64,000 bases of DNA from the human T2T-CHM13v2.0 reference genome, Homo sapiens. The translations under genes and the position numbers were made by a program. Location: NCBI RefSeq assembly GCF_009914755.1, contig NC_060933.1. One strand, written 5' to 3'. The notes below the pieces were generated by a model that was given only the letters and a program-made list of their open reading frames with translations, did no database searches and was not told where the DNA came from. Positions 60,391 through 64,000 of the stretch are shown here, in pieces; position 1 is the first letter of the stretch, and every line of letters starts with the position of its first letter.

Positions 60391-61817
60391 TTTGCACTGA
60401 TCTTTTCCCATAAGTCGCTTGATATAATCCTCATCACAACAATCTCATAATGTGAGGACTGTCATCATCCTATGTTTGAGGAAATTGAGGCACATAGAAG
60501 GTAGGCCACTGAGACAAGTCTCCCAGTAAGTGTCAAAGCCAGGATTTAAACTTGCATCTGTCTTATTCCTAACAATAACACTCAATAACCTCTTTGGTAA
60601 TTATTGATGTTAAATAATAAAATGGGAATGAGAAAGCAAATGTAAGCTCATAACAAAAATTAAAAATGTAACCAACCAATTTCAAACAGAAGATAATGAA
60701 ATATGTAACCATATGTCCACAACCTTGCAAGGAGAATATCCTCAACTACAAAGAAGTGGCAGGCTGCAAGAGTGTGAGGCATCAAAGGCAAATTCTAACT
60801 TCTTTAAAACCTACCCTTTGCCTTGAACAAGCCATGCACATGAAAGGCCATTTCTGTTCTCAGATCAGTTTCAGATCGTGAATACAATCTGGTAAATTTC
60901 TGTTACATTCTTCTCGTGCAACCCGCTTCCCCTGCTATATGGCCACCCCATGCCCTCTATAAATTTTCCCTCTGGAGAAAGGAAATGCAAAAAGCACAAG
61001 AGTATAATGTGGGAGAAGTGTCTGGAATAGTTTTCATTTATATATTGTATTTTAAGGAAACTATAATGAACATTGGCAGAACACTTGAGAATGTTTTTGG
61101 CTTTATGAGTTTCAATATTTTATATGCTTTACATTAATTCCAATATTTTTTGCAAGATAGCAAATAAAGATTCCACCATTTACATATATGGAATCACATG
61201 TAAGCCAACAATTTTTTAATAATTGATTTTACTAAAAGGAAGGCAATAAACATTTAAGCAACACTAACTGTTAACATATTCATTGGTCTCAAGAGAGTGA
61301 GTGCATAGGAGTGCACCATTTTTAACTGAAGAATCCCCATAACTAATCTCTGACCTGGACCATTTGATATTTGATCTCTGTCAGCACCAGAAGGAAAAGG
61401 GGTAAAAAGTTATAGTATTTTTTAAACTATTCTGCCTACACTGAGTTGTGTCTTCCCAGAGAAGATGGAATTTTCCTGAGTTACATTAATCTCTCAATTT
61501 TTATGGACTTGTTAGTCTTTTAATGGATGGAAAATAATTAGATGTAAGGAATTTAGACAAGTTAAAACTAGTACATTTTTGGAGTTTTGCAAATAAAGGA
61601 ACTCTAGAAGACCAACCTAGGAGTCTTAACTAAACTTCAAGGAAACAATGTTTATACTACCAGCCAGCCCCAAAGTACATAGTGTAAAGTTTTAAGTATT
61701 CGTCAATGTTTGGAAATGCAAAAAACATTATTTACTGTGGGTGGACTATAAAGGTACTTGGAGCCCACAAATAATTGCATTCAGGCATTTGTTTCCACAA
61801 CTTCATAAAAACACATA

Positions 61818-62420
<603 letters not shown>

Positions 62421-62441
62421 ACAACCAACAAATGATTATTA

Positions 62442-62570
62442 AGCCTAGCATAGTGGCACATGCCTGTTGTCTCAGCTACTCAGGAAGCTGAGATGGAAGG
62501 ATTACTTGGGCCCAGGAGTCTGAGTCCACCCTGAGCAACAAAGCAAGACCCTGTCTCTAATAAAAATAAA
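62442..62570 (+). mobile_element. Alu monomer (FLAM_A-like)
   Basis: Single monomer ending gcaagaccctgtctctaataaaaataaa. Confidence 0.78.
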
Positions 62571-62599
62571 TACACATTAAATAAAGGAAAACAAAATAA

Positions 62600-63860
62600 A
62601 TGATTATTTCAAGCTCCTCATCTTACTGATCTCACAGCAGTTGACATATTTGATCACTCCTTTTTGAAAGAATGTCTTCATTTTTCTTCCAAGACAAGAC
62701 TTTCCCTTCATTCCCCAATGCCTGCATGTTTGCAGACTCCACTGCTGGTTTCTCTTCATTTTTTCTGACCTCCAAAGGCAAGAGTGTACTTGGGCTCAAT
62801 TCTCTTCCAAAATTTCTCCCCTGGGGAATCTATTCGGTTTCACAGTTTTGAATGCCATCTATGTGCTGAGATTTCTAAATGTATGTGTCTAGCCCCAATC
62901 TGTCCCCTGTACTCCAGCCTCCCATGTCCACCTGCCCCTGCAGCATCTCTATTTGATGTCTGACAAGCATCTCAATCCTAACATATCCAAAACGGAAATT
63001 TTGCTCATTTTGAAATCCTTGCCAGTGTAGTAAATGGTGCCTCCACTCATCAATTTTTCAGTTCAAAACCTTGAAGTCATTCTTAACTATTCTCTTTCCA
63101 TTACACAACATCCGTATCATATGAGTTACATGTTAGAAATATATCCAGAATGCTACAGATTCTCACCATCAACACCAATGCTATCACTCTAATTCAAGCA
63201 CCATCGCTTCTCCCTGAAACTACTGCAATAGCCTTGTCTTGTTTCCTTCCTCCCATCCCTACCTTCCTACCGTCCGTGTTCAACACAGCAGAGTAATCTT
63301 CTAAGACACAAGTCAGATTTTACCAGCCCCTATTCAACCCCGTAATGAATTTCCATCCTCTTCAGGGTTTAGTCCAAATGTTTACTGTGGAATACCAAAC
63401 CCTGTGCAATCTGTCATCCTTCTGCCTGACCTCATCTAGTACAACTCCCCTCCTTTCTCACTGTGAAGCCTCATTTGCCTGCTTGTTAGTTCTTACAAAT
63501 CTCAAAATCCAAGCATGTTCCTACCTCAGAATCTTTGCATTTCTCATTTCCTCTTTCTGAAATATTCTCCTAAATATGTGTAAGTCTTGATACCCTAGTT
63601 CTTTGTGTTCTCCAATCAACTGGCCGCTTGTCTGAGAGGACTTCTCCCAGAGTCTCCTGGCACTGTTTATCTTCCTTAGTCTGGCTTATTTTTCTTCCTA
63701 ACCCTTATCAGCACCTAACATTTTGGGGTGCACTCTCTGCCTCCCCACACTAGAATGAAAGGTCTGTGAGAGAAATAACTTTATTTTGTTCACCGCCATA
63801 TCCCTCAGAACCCAGAAGAGTATCTGTCACATAGTAGATACCAAGTAAATCTTTTTTGCC
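62600..63860 (+). mobile_element. L2 (L2a-like) 3' portion
   Basis: RT-like relic ctcacagcagttgacatatttgatcactcc (SAAFD..DHS-like), gccatctatgtgctga, and the L2 3' end ctagaatgaaagg...cacatagtagataccaagtaaat. Confidence 0.78.
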
Positions 63861-63901
63861 TAAAACAATTATTACACATATTAAAACAATTATTACACAT
63901 T
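63861..63901. repeat. 21-bp tandem duplication
   Basis: taaaacaattattacacat occurs twice, 21 bp apart. Confidence 0.88.
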
Positions 63902-64000
63902 TGCTGAGTGCCTTTTAGGTGCCAGGCAATAACTGTGCTAGGTCCTGGTGTTAGGAAGATGAGGAAGGTATGAAACCTGTCCTCTGAGAGCTCATCTGTT

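Overview
Primate (human) genomic DNA, AT-rich and dense in repeats, with one protein-coding gene: LURAP1L (leucine rich adaptor protein 1 like, C9orf150/LRAP35b) on the + strand. It has two coding exons, 12992..13312 and 58713..59087, joined in phase 0 across a 45,400-bp GT-AG intron, giving 231 aa. This haplotype has a 12-Gly (GGT)3(GGC)9 tract and Gly at codon 62. The rest is a CpG-island promoter and 5'UTR, a 3'UTR with several polyA signals, a 7SL retropseudogene, about 18 Alu/FLAM copies, two large antisense L1 relics, L2/MIR, MaLR LTRs (MST, MLT1) and DNA-transposon fossils (Tigger3, Tigger7/MER44, MADE1, MER63, MER5, MER58). Nearly all other ORF-track entries are Alu/L1/LTR or chance ORFs. 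I see no evidence of a new multi-gene system. The most notable observations are small-scale: translational complexity around the GGC repeat (uORFs and a 151-codon GTG-initiated overlapping frame), two short-range templated duplications, two Alus at the same target site, a palindrome cluster upstream of the promoter, and candidate regulatory motif clusters. Repeat subfamily names and boundaries are by eye from remembered consensus sequences and need RepeatMasker/Dfam confirmation.
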